Shown here: piece by piece, positions 13,169-24,099 of the stretch
Layout of the letters: the number at the start of each line of letters is the position of its first letter
Position numbering within the stretch: position 1 is the first letter of the stretch
Origin: Heteronotia binoei
Lineage: Eukaryota
Reading direction: 5' to 3'
NCBI RefSeq assembly: GCF_032191835.1
Contig: NC_083227.1
Span: 68,138,001-68,202,000 of the forward strand
Length of the DNA stretch: 64,000 bases
The notes under the pieces: model-generated
Seen by the model: only the letters and a program-made list of their open reading frames with translations
Databases searched by the model: none
Told to the model about the DNA's origin: nothing
Program-made: the position numbers and the translations under genes

Positions 13169-13439
13169 TAGGGCTGCCAAGCCCCCGGACCGGGCGGGCG
13201 TTCTCCTGCCCTGGAGGTTACCAACCTGTTGGCCCACATTGGGCTGGTGGGGGGAACCCTAACATTGCTGGTGCAATGACGTCACCCAGAAGTGACATCA
13301 TTGCACCGACGACGCTGTGCACCAATCGCTCTAGACATTTTTGGGAAAACTCTATGGTTTTCCTGGACACTCCAGAAATTTGGAAGGGGATGCTCTATGG
13401 TACAATAGGTAGGAGGCCGCAGAGGACTTGGCAACCCTA
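13169..13439. mobile_element. TAGGG(T/C)TGCCA-family MITE nested in the 13114 element
   Basis: TIRs TAGGGCTGCCAA / TTGGCAACCCTA; perfect TSD GTGTCAGG. Confidence 0.92.
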
Positions 13440-13525
13440 GTGTCAGGCCGGGCCATGTGCGTACCTATCTAAGATTAGGTAGCAGAAATAATAGACAAAC
13501 ATGACTAAAGATTTTTTAAAAAAAC

Positions 13526-15506
13526 TTTTTTGTTGTTCAGTCGCACAGTCAAGTCCGACTCTTTGTGACCCCATGGACAAAGTCACGCCAAGCCCTCCTG
13601 TCTTTCACCATCCTCCGAAGTCTGCTCAAATCTGTGTTGGTTACATCAGTAACGCTATCCAGCCATCTCATCTTTTGCAGTCCCCTTCTTCTTTTGCCTT
13701 CTGTCTTTCCCAGCATCAGGATCTTCTCCAGTGAGTGCTCCCTTCTCATTTGGTGGCCAAAGTATTTGAGCTTCAGCTTCAGCATCTGACCTTCCAGGGA
13801 ACAGTCTGGATTGATTTCCCTTAGGACTGACTGATTTGATCTTCTTGCAGTCCAAGGGACTCTCAAGATTCTTCTCCAGCACCACAGCTCAAAAGTATCT
13901 ATTCTTCTGTGCTCGGCCTTCCTTATGGTCCAGCTCTCGCAGCCATACATTACTACTGGGAATACCATCGCTTCGACTATACAAACTTTTGTTGGCAGGG
14001 AGATGTCTCTGCTTTTTGTTATACTGCCCAGGTTCGCCATAACTGTCCTCTCAAGGAGCAAACGTCTTTTAATTTCATGGCTACAGTTACCATCTGCAGT
14101 GATCTTGGACCCCAGAAATGTGAAATCTGTCACTACTTCCATATCTTCCCGTTCTATTTGTCAAGGTGTGATGGTGCCGGATACCATGATCTTAGTTTTT
14201 TTGATATAGAGTTTCAAGCCTACTTTTGTGCTCTCCTCTTTCACCCTCAACAAGAGGTTCTTTAGGTCCTCCTCACTTTCTGCCATTAGAGTGGTGTCAT
14301 CTGCATATCTGAGGTTGTTGATGTTTTTCCCTGCAATCTTAATTCCGGCTTGTGCTTCATCCAAACCAGCATTCTGCATGATGTACTCTGCATATAAATT
14401 AAATAAGCAGGGTGACAATATACATCCTTGTCGAACTCCTTTTCCTATTCTAAACCAATCAGTTGTTCCATATCCCGTTCTGACAGTTGCTTCTTGACCC
14501 TTATACATGTTTCTCAGGAGACATGTGAGGTGGTCTGGTACTCCCATCTCTTTAAGGACTTGCCACAGTTTGTTGTGATCCACACAATCAAAGGCTTTAG
14601 CGTAGTCAATGAAACAGAAATAGACGTTTTTCTGATACTTCCGTGCTTTCTCCATAATCCAGTGAATGTTGGCAATTTGATCTCTAGTTCTTCTTCCTCT
14701 CCAAAACCCAGCTTGAACTGGTAGTTCCCGATCTATATACTGCTGAAGCCTAGCTTGTAGGATCTTTAACATGACCTTGCTGGCATGGGAAATAAGTGCA
14801 ATGGTGCAATAGTTTGAATATTCCTTGGCATTATCCTTCTTTGGGATTGGGATATAAACTGATCTTTTCCAATCCCATGGCCACTGTTGCATTTTCCAGA
14901 TTTGTTGACATAATGTGTGCATAACTTTAACAGCATCATCTTTTAGGACTTTGAAAAGCTCAATTGGGATACCGTCATCTTTGCTCGCTTTGTTGTTAGT
15001 AATGCTTTCTAAGGCCCATTTGACTTCACACTCCAGAATGTCTGGCTCAAGGTCAGCGATTTCACTGTCATGGTTGTCAAGTACATTGAGATCCTTCTTG
15101 TATAATTCTTCTGTGTATTCTTGCCACCTCTTCCTGATTTCTTCTGCTTCTGTTAGGTCCCTACTGTTTTTGTCCTTTATCATGGCCATCTTTGTACGAA
15201 ATGTTCCCTTGATTTCTCCAATTTTTTTGAAGAGCTCTCTTGTCCTTCCCACTCTATTATTTTCTTTGCTTTGCATTGTTCCTTCAGGAAGGTCTCATCT
15301 CTCCTTGCTGTTCTCTGGAAATCTGCATTCAGTTGGGTGAAACTTTCCTTTTCACCTTTGCCTTTCGCTTTCCTTCTTTTGTCAGCTATTTGTAAAGCCT
15401 CATCAGACAGTCACTTTGCTTTCTTGCATTTCTTTTTCTTTGGGATGGTGCTGGTTATTGCCTTCTGTACAATGTCATGAACCTCCGTCCATAGTTCTTC
15501 AGGCAC
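13526..15506 (-). mobile_element. 5'-truncated BovB (RTE clade) LINE
   Basis: RT with GVRQGCILSP and NLRYADDTTLMAESEEDL. ORFs 14161-15276 and 13549-14142 are in one frame, split by a TGA where W is expected. BovB 3' end CATGGGGTCACAAAGAGTCGGAC with a CAA-rich tail. Confidence 0.95.
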
Positions 15507-16037
15507 TTAAAACTTAAAACATGCTTAAACATTAGCACTTGTTAGTCTTAAAGGTGCTTTCTTTGTATTTCTCCCATGGGATCAAAGGAACTCGGCACAG
15601 GAAGCTCTGGCTCTTTCCCTCCCTCCCCAGGGGACCAGGAGGCAGAGGAGCCTCAACCAATGGAGAAGATAGAGGTTTTGCTCTGTAGCTCCTGTGCAAT
15701 TGAGCAAGCCTTGCAAAGCAAGCTGAGATGCAGAAGGAGAAGAGGGGGAAGGAAGCAGACAAGAGCCAGTTGCCCGGGGGCCTGATAGGAGCCCTCCAGG
15801 GGCCTGATTCGGCCCCCAGGCCATGTTTGACACCCCTGTGTTAGTGTAACTATGCTTAGGAATGAATTGTTAAGCAGGCCACAAGCATGCCTCCTTCCTA
15901 TTGGAGCACAGGCCAGTCTGCAACATTCCATTCATACGCAAGATCACCTAGTGCTCTTTGAGCCTGTGGGCACTTTTGGAATGGTGGTGGTGGTGGTGGT
16001 GGTGAAGAGGAGGAGGAGGAACCAGTTAGAGAAGGAA

Positions 16038-16268
16038 GAGGAAATTTTATATCCAGCCCTTCACTCAGAATCTCAGAGCAGCTTACAATCTTCTTTCCCT
16101 TCTTCTCTCCACAACAATCACCCTGTGAGGTAGGTGGGGCTGAGAGAGCTCTGAGAGAACTGACTGACCCAAGGTCACCCAGCAGCTGCATGTGGAGGAG
16201 TGGAGAATCAAATTCAGTTCTCTAGAATAGAGTCCACCACTCTTAAGCACTACACTGAACTGTCTCTC
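16038..16268 (-). mobile_element. tRNA-derived CORE SINE with L2-like tail (Squam3-like)
   Basis: tRNA-like head (GTGTAGTG..TAAGAG), CORE block CCCCACCTACCTCACAGGGTG, tail GGATATAAA; repeated at 31775 and 61072. Confidence 0.8.
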
Positions 16269-16449
16269 TTTCAGAGCAGTGAGCACAATCACAAAATGGC
16301 CACCATGGGAGGTGGGGCCACGTACAATTTTTTTTTAAATACAGTTGGAAAGAAGAGTGTGAGAGAGTAAAACCAATACTGCGATGGCAGCTGCTGCAGA
16401 AACAACATTATTTTAATCAGCACAACCACTACAGGCAGCAACTAAGGTG

Positions 16450-16740
16450 AACTTCATGAACTTGTCTAATCTCCCTTTAAAGCTGTCTATTTCTGTGGCC
16501 ATCACTGCATCCTCTGGCAGTGAATATCATATGTTAAAACAATTATTAATGAAGAAGTATTTGCTATTGTCCATCCTGAATTTACTGCCCATCAACTTAA
16601 TTGGATGCGCTCAAGCTCTACTATTTTGGAAAAGAGAGGAAAAGTTCTCTCCATCGTCTCTACCCTGTGCATAATTTTGCAAACCTCTATCATGACCCAC
16701 CTTAGTCATCTTTTTTCTAAAGTGAAAAGTCCCATACTCT
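16450..16740 (-). mobile_element. CR1 LINE fragment
   Basis: Reverse strand reads GGACTTTTCACTTTAGAAAAAAGATGACTAAGG..ATGATAGAGGTTTGCAAAATTATGC, the same region as the 4595 copy. Confidence 0.75.
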
Positions 16741-17589
16741 ATCTTGATGATGACACCGAAACTTCGGAATTTCCTCCCACAAGAAATGTGTTTCAGTAGT
16801 TTTTTCCTTGAGTAAATGGTGAATGTGATTGAGATACTCTATTGTTGTTCTATTTGAATATCTGACACTGGATCTTGGTTTGTCATTTCTCTCAGATTTT
16901 TTATTTTATCCGCTGGCTGTTTTGATGGTTCTTTCCCTTATTTTATATTTTGTTGCATATGATTGCAAACTTTTTTTGGGGAAAACAAAGCATCATTTAA
17001 AATAGACAATTAAAAAAAATTATCTGCTTTGATAAGAATGATTGTCCCCAGCTAAGGGCATAGTGTTGCTTTCCAGCACTGTGATCAGAGAGGCTTCCTT
17101 AGGTGCATGTGGAGGGAATTTGAACCTGGAACCATAAAAATGCAAAGTGTGACCTCATATATTTGCAATCAAAGAACTGACAACCTGCTATGTTCACTAT
17201 AGGAGAGCATCTCAGCTCTGCTGAATAGTGAATGATAATTCCACATCCTCTACCAAAAACCAGAGAAAGCTGTAGTGAATCACAGTCAAGCACATGGGAA
17301 ATGAGGAACTCTTAGCCATTGTTTATTTTGTATTCTTTCTCTGAGCTCATTTTCCCTAGGAACTGGGAAGAGGTTTTGACAGCAGATCCTCTCAGTTCTC
17401 CCTGCTGGTTTAAGAACCCACAACATTCTCACAGAGTCAGCAGCTCTCATATATTTAGTGTAATGTTGACTCGCTCTAATTGCTGTCTTTGGGAGTAGGA
17501 AGGAATTTTACTATGGGCCTTAGCAACTGTTTGTTTGTTTTAGGTTCCTTCCTAGCAAATGGGTAAGATCAGCAACTGTTCATTCACCT

Positions 17590-17985
17590 GCATTCCATGC
17601 AGTGGCTCCCATCTTGGTGAACCACCTGCCTGAGGAGACCAGGAAGACTCCCATAGTAGTATCTGTTATGTCTTGAAACATAAGCGGATGTACCGCATGG
17701 CGACTGCTACAGAGGCGACCCCACGGGTCCCCGGATGTAGCTCACCAGACGCCCCGCCAATCAAGATCTGTGGCGGGAAGTTTGACTGACCAGGATTGGA
17801 CTGGTCAGACTGGGGGGCGGTTCCGGGTAATGTATATAAGCGGGGCCCAGCCAGCGTGTTCCCTCTCTCTTGTAATGTACCACCGAATAAAGCATGTTGC
17901 CTTCAACCCGTCTCACAACTCAGTACATTATAGTATCATTATGAAAAATGTGCAAAACAGAAATGTTTGGAAGGAAACATTTCTG
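17590..17985 (+). mobile_element. Old L2 3' remnant interrupted by the solo LTR
   Basis: Removing the LTR plus one TSD restores VAPILVNHLPEETRKTPIVVSL*KMCKTEMF (cf. L2 VAPxWWNQLPEEVR..FRRACKTxLF). Confidence 0.65.
17664..17932 (+). mobile_element. Solo LTR (269 bp)
   Basis: Starts TGTTATG and ends CATTATA (decayed TG..CA); 5-bp TSD GTATC; CCAAT ~17758, TATATAA 17833-17839, AATAAA 17886-17891; CpG-rich relative to its flanks. Confidence 0.8.
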
Positions 17986-19519
17986 AGAAGACAATACTGA
18001 CTTTGATGGACCAAGTGTCTGATTCAGTATAAGTCAGCTTCATATGTTCATATGATATTCTCTTAATGGAAATAACTTGTAGCAGGACAGAATGGTCATC
18101 TTCATTTGGGAATGTGATTATCATTGGCATCGTCTAGTTTACTGTCATTGTCTTAAACCTTGTAGTCCTACATTCTGCACTGCTTACATGGTGTCTTTGC
18201 CTTAGGCCAGTTTGCTGTTCTTACTGTTGCACTTATTGTCATTAAATTTTATATTACTACTCTCCTATTGCACTGGGCATTAGATTCCTTTTGCTGTATG
18301 GTTGCAGTTCATTTCTCTTTCTGTACTCTGTAACTTGCCGTAAGAGAAAGCTGGGCTATGAATACGCTAAATAAATAAGTGTGGCTTGGCTCATTAGCTT
18401 TATTCTTCTCAACTGTTATCCTAAATCCTGACCCAGAGTATGGCTGAAGCAGCAGCTTTGCTGAAACTGATTGGCTGGGAGTCTGGACATACCAAGATGA
18501 GAAAATTCTGAAGAATCCTATGTGTGCTACCTTGAATTCCATGATGGAACAAAGGCATGATAAAATTGTACTAACCCACAGCCTATAAGCTCTTCATACC
18601 CAAAGTGCCTATTTAACCTCAGCTTTCAGAATGTGACCCACTTCATTTTATTTTTTGCTATATACAAGCATAACTCTGCTTTCTGTCAGTATGCTATATA
18701 GTCCTAGACTGCAACCTAACAGCAGAAAACCAATGGTCTAAACAATTTTTGCTTATCATTGGTTCCATATTAAAATCTGGATGATGGCATATTGCAGTTT
18801 TAAACTCAAAAAAATATAGCGAATTTTGCTTTAGGAAAGGGGAGTTTAGACTCAACAACTTTTAGGAACTTCCCAGTAAGATACAACTCTTTTCAAGCAG
18901 AACTCCTTCTCAACACTATTGTTTTCTATAATTCATCAAAAAAGCAACAAAAATCCTCAGTAGTAAACTAAATGCTCTTCAAAATAACTTCTGCCAAATA
19001 TGAATGGTAAGGAAAGGTGTGACTGACTGCACTTTTAAAAGATTAGAAGTGTTGTATAAACAAGTACGGGACTAATTCTTCACAGAGGCAGAGAGCCCTG
19101 AGGGACAGATTGTTCCAAGCAACTTGATTGGTTAGCATCAGTTGAGCAGAGAAAGACTTGAGAGCTGCATGCTAAGGAGACAGTCAGATTTCTGCCTTGA
19201 CTCAGTTGAGTACTAGTGGTCTGATTTCAGTCCTAGATGAGAAGAATCAAGTACTGAGAGTTTCAGAATTCAGCCCTGATGGAGAGCAGTTTAACACAGA
19301 CAGGAAAATTGAGGGAAAGTAGGTAAGGAAGTTCAGGAAGTAGGCGAAATCTCCCATTTAGGCCAAGGAAAGATAACAGAGCTAGTAAGAGAATTTCCCT
19401 ACTCAGTCTAACAGGGAGTTAGCTCTGAAGAGTGCAGAGATGGATGGTCTGGTGTGATTAGAAACTGCCAGTTAAAAACTCAAGATGGGTACTAGTGTTT
19501 CAAGAAAAAAGGTTTGGGT

Positions 19520-19712
19520 CAATGTTTCCTCTAAGCTGAGTTTGTGTGAAATAGCTCACAGTTTTTTAGCCTCTGGCTCACAGATTTTTGTCATAGCTCA
19601 GGAAAAATGGCCTCAGAGCAAATTAATTTATGCAGTAGCTCACAACTTCAATGCCAGTAGCTCACAAAATAGAATTTTGCTCACAAGGCTCCACAGCTTA
19701 GAGGGAGTATTG
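19520..19712. mobile_element. hAT MITE with repeated GCTCACA subterminal motifs
   Basis: TIRs CAATGTTTCCTCTAAGCTG / CAGCTTAGAGGGAGTATTG; perfect TSD GTTTGGGT. Confidence 0.9.
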
Positions 19713-20845
19713 GTTTGGGTACTGGAAAGAGTGAACCAACCTTCTGGAATTCAAAAGAGTTAGAAAATACTCAATCAAAGTTTATTACATTGTTTGGGAG
19801 AAACACTTGAACAAAAGCCTCTCAACATAAAAATGTAAGTCAATGTGAAAAGCTTAAGAAGCTCTCATTAGCCTGAAACATAAGAACTAAAGTCTGTGCT
19901 GGTTTTGCCTCAGGAATTTCAATCCCTGGTTTCATCTGACCTCTATGTTAAATGGAATATTTTATTTTTAAATTTTAAAACTCCTCAAGCGCCATTTAAG
20001 TTGCTCAAATTAAAGCAGGCTCCTGATCCTTCTCTTAGGTTCCTGGGCTGAGCCAATGGCCAAAATATCGTAGGGTGACAGGGTGGGGCACCCAGAGTTC
20101 TTCAGCAAAGAAGAAAACACATTACTAGGGTGGCTAAGTCAGTAAAGGGAAAGAAAAACCAAGAGCAAATTTTGCCTCAGAGAGGAAAGTGGATGGGGGC
20201 ATAACATGCCATGCACTCTTTTCTCATACTGAGAAGGAAATCCACTGATTTCACTGGAACAGCCAAACATCTAAAATATGGCACAAGTGGTTCTGATACA
20301 TTCACATTTAGGGCAGAGAACAGGTGTCAGTTGTATCTCATTTGGGACCAAAACAGACATTTTGAAGATCAAGGATCACCATCCACTGGTAAGGTAAACT
20401 GCACATAGATGCAGGGGATTTAACCCCTGCAACCCTGTTCAGTTCCATTAATGGAAACCAGGCTCCCCACACTGTTAGTGTTTTATGAGGCTGAGTGAGA
20501 AGATGTGCCCTTGTCGTCTCCCCCATTAAAATTTTAAAGCATGGGAAGACTGGTTTTGATTAGAACTCCCTCCTCCCATTCCAATCCAAATCATGGTTGT
20601 ACATGCACACAAATGTACCTTTTCAAGACAAACAGAGATCACAGAAATTTTATTTTGTCCCTTCATTTTACATTTGTATGGAACTGCAACCTGGAGGAAT
20701 AAACTTGGGCAAATATACCATTTTGATGTTAAAAGGAAGACTCCAAAGACATTCTGGAGTTTGTTGTCAAAGGCTTTCATGGCTGAAGTTCATTGGTTGT
20801 TGTAGATTTTCTGGGCTGTGTGGCCATGGTTTGGGCATTGTGAGA

Positions 20846-20886
20846 CCTGGCGTTTCACTAGCTACTGTGACTGGCATCCTCAGAGG
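20846..20886 (-). ncRNA. Minimal hammerhead ribozyme motif (cleavage triplet mutated)
   Basis: CCU-CUGAGGA-U-GCCAGU CACAGUA GCUAGU-GAAAC-GCC-AGG: core intact, but GUC reads GCC. Confidence 0.7.
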
Positions 20887-20949
20887 TGTAACCCAGAAAA
20901 CTGGTGTTCTCTCTGGGTGACCTCTAGAGAACTTGTTTTCTGGGTTACA

Positions 20950-20990
20950 TCTCTGAGGATACCAGTCACAGTTGCTGGTTAAACGTCAGG
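20950..20990 (+). ncRNA. Minimal hammerhead ribozyme motif (GAAA mutated)
   Basis: UCU-CUGAGGA-U-ACCAGU CACAGUU GCUGGU-UAAAC-GUC-AGG: stem II and GUC intact, but GAAA reads UAAA. Confidence 0.7.
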
Positions 20991-21382
20991 TCCCACAATG
21001 CCAAGACTACAGCCACACAGCCCAGAAAATCTACAACAACCAATTCTGGAGTTTGTTTAGAGGATATCAGACAAACACTGTTCCTTATTGTCAGTTAATA
21101 CTTGAACTTAAAGTGCATCCAACTTTAGCAAGTTATTACCATAAGTGCTGATCTACAAGACAGAAAAAAATTGACACAGCCATTTTAGCTAGGTATTTGT
21201 CATACATATGTAACATATGATATAAATATCAGAGCTTATTGAGAACCTTGGAATAATCTCACAGTGTTTACTAACTGTACTCCTAAATCTAGTTGCTTTC
21301 ATATATGACTCAGCTCAAAACCAAATGGCTTCTTTGATAAAGAGAATTTTTTTAACTCTCTAAAGCAGACATGACCCTATTT

Positions 21383-21620
21383 GAGGGTTGCCAGGTATCC
21401 CCTGGCCACTGGCTACTGGCAGGGGATGGGGGAAGGTTGCCAGATACAGGTTGGTAAACTATGGAGATTTGGGGATGGGGAGGATAGGGACCTCAGCTGG
21501 CTATGATGTCATCCACCCTCCAAAGCATCCATTTTCCCCAGGGAAACTGGTCTCTGTAGTTTGGAAATGAGCTGTAATTCCAGGGGATCCCCAGATCCCA
21601 GTTGAAGGCTGGCATGCCTA
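21383..21620. mobile_element. TAGGGTTGCCA-family MITE
   Basis: GAGGGTTGCCAGG / CTGGCATGCCTA termini; body shared with other copies; TSD degenerate (5/8). Confidence 0.75.
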
Positions 21621-22339
21621 TCTCATTTGAATGCCCTATATTCATGCTGAGTTCATAGGAATACCCCAAATGCCTGCAGCCTTAAATCCTCTTTGCTCTT
21701 CCAAACCTCATGATTGTGTTTGCCATTGGTATAGGGCAGCCACATTTTACTAAAGCACAATCCTAAATAGGCTTATGAAGGATTAGGACTGCACTGTGCA
21801 AAAGCCATTCAGGCAGGGTGCAAGTCCCTTCTTTATGTGTAAACGTCTCACCCTAATCTCCCACCACCTTTAAATAATCAATTATGTATATTTTATGCAT
21901 TCACTCTTTGTGTAATGTTGGACATTTACACTGAAGAGCAGAACCATTATAGCTGTAGCTCCACGTTTATAAAATGGCTTTTTCTTTCACTTTTAGCAAG
22001 TCATGCAGCATATATGTCTGTATGCACATCCCCTAGCCTTTCGGAAACAATATTAGGTTCACTTGTTGTGCAGAGTTTTTAGCATTTTAGACCAGCTGAA
22101 TTGTTGACTGCTGATGAATTATTATTGATTTTTTGTTTTAACACTTTTACAGAAGGTTTTGTTGATGATGGTCATTTGATCATTTGTTCTTGTTATTTGT
22201 TATTGTGTTACCATTTGTTACAATTGCTTATTGTAAAGCACCTTGAACACCCAGAGAATTTTAAATACATAAAATAACCACATCAGCCTTGTTACAGCTA
22301 CACACTTAGTCAGTTATGTCTAGTAAGGCTGCATTTACC

Positions 22340-22546
22340 CTGACCTGGATAATGCAGGCTAGCTCAATCTCATTACATCTCAGAAGCTAAGCAGGGTCAG
22401 CCCTGGTCAGTATTTGCATGGGAGACCACCAAGGAAGTCCAGGATTGCTACACAAGGGTAGGGAATGGCAAACTACCTTTGAATGTCTCTTGCCTTGAAA
22501 AGTCAACAGGGTCTCTGTTAGTTGGCTATGACTTGACAGGAAAAAA
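22340..22546 (+). mobile_element. 5S rRNA-derived SINE (SINE3) with a LINE-like tail
   Basis: TCTCAGAAGCTAAGCAGGGTCAGCCCTGGTCAGTATTTGCATGGGAGACC matches the 5S internal promoter (box A 22385-22395, box C ~22415-22427), followed by a non-5S tail ending TGACTTGACAGGAAAAAA. Confidence 0.8.
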
Positions 22547-24099
22547 GAGCCCTATTTGCCAAGGAATCAAGGACTTTGCCTGGGCTCAGCTTTGTCTTTC
22601 AAGCATGCAATCATGAGTTCTACATGCCAGCATGATATCCAGCTGGGCTACAGATGTCTGATGCACAGACTAAGCATACACAAGTATTTTGTATGGGTTG
22701 CAGCAAAAGTTCAATGAGACAATGCAGAGTCACATGGAGACGCTCTTTGCTCTGTCGGCACCAAATTGATACTTGACCTTAAGACTTCCTTCCAGCTACC
22801 AAGCCAGGAGTCTAACAACCGGTGGTGATTTTGGTTTTATCCTTTTAGATCACAAGGTAGGTATTTGGAGTCCAGAAGGCAAGTCAAATGTTGGAGGGCT
22901 AGTTACTCTTTGTGGATTTATAGATATGTGAAAAAGCAGTACAAGGTTATAGTTGTACACAAGGAATACTGGGCATCCATCCAATGGGTGTCCATCCAAT
23001 GGACCTGATGCCTGAATGACAGGGCCACAGACAGTTCCCTTCCCTTGCAGAAAAATAGGGTGGGTCAAAAAAACCCCCCACCTTCCCCAAAGCATCCCAA
23101 AATTGCAGCGGCTGGAGGACTGCACAGGATAGCCATCAATGAACCGGCCTTAGACCACGCATGTCCAAACCCAAATCCACCCAAACTACCAACGTCAACC
23201 CCTTTGGTGATAAATTTCACCATCAGGACTTACAGCTGGGGTTCTCCTCAACTTTGTTGAACCTGAGAGTACTTTTGGAATTTTGAAAGCAGGCAATGGG
23301 CATCACTCTCTTGGAGGAGAAGGGACCAGTCACACACCATTAGGGGATCCCACAAAAAGTCATCAGTTCTGAAGCCAAACATCCTCCTATGATGAAAGTA
23401 GCTGTGTCCAGAGGAGTGCTCCCTGCAGACAGAAAGGCAATATCTCCAGGGCTCCTCTAAAGCATTTACTTCACTGGAGCAAAGAAAAAGCAGAACTGGC
23501 TCTTTGTTTTGGCATAAAGATGCTTTGGGGAAGAAACCATTGTGCACCAGTAAAACAAAACTTGCAGCTCGCTGACTTGAAGGATTACAAGCAGGAAAGG
23601 GAAATCGGTTACATATGATGGAAATATCCCAGTGCAGGATTATTCCTACAAACCATATGAAGCTTCATAGTGCACACCCATGGACAAAATACATATGCAT
23701 TATCATCAAACAACCCCATTCTAGCAAGATTTTAATTTCTACACAGAGCAGAAGCACTTTCCATGTGTGAAATGTGGTGAAGCAGCCCTGAGCCCAGAAG
23801 TGACAAAGATCAATGTTGAGGAATGAGAGATACATACACTCTGTGGAATATTCAAGCATACTAACTGCTTCATATCAAACATCACGAAATTGCATATGTT
23901 TAAAGCTCACAGATCAAAATCTAGTTTGTTTTTTAAAAAAATGTCATGCACCCACTCTTTGGTCCCAGACTGTTTCCTGGACAAGAGCTTTGTTCCCTTT
24001 GTGTTTCAAGGTACTTTTTGTCTGCCTTGAACAGCAACAAGAAAAAAAGAGAGAGAGAAGAGCACACCCACCCTTTCCCCTTTGCTCTGGCCCCAGCGC

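Larger units (their letters stand above)
13114..15838. mobile_element. hAT MITE (TAGGGGTGTCAAAC / GTTTGACACCCCTG) hosting two nested insertions
   Basis: 14-bp TIRs and a perfect 8-bp TSD TGTTAGTG (13106-13113; 15839-15846). Confidence 0.9.
20766..21042. mobile_element. Penelope-like element terminus in inverted (palindromic) arrangement
   Basis: ~245-bp palindrome of the reptile Penelope-type end (..GCCACACAGCCCAGAAAATCTACAACAAC; GGCTTTCATGGC); perfect 15-bp TSD ATTCTGGAGTTTGTT (20751-20765; 21043-21057). Confidence 0.85.

Noticed and set aside
13565-15480. Many plus-strand ORFs
   Set aside because: Antisense frames of BovB ORF2.
19050-19480. Second solo LTR
   Set aside because: Starts with TGT and is purine-rich, but I could not find a matching CA end, TSD or polyA signal.
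22361-22450. Functional 5S rRNA gene
   Set aside because: Many substitutions, no oligo-T terminator, and it continues into a LINE-like tail.
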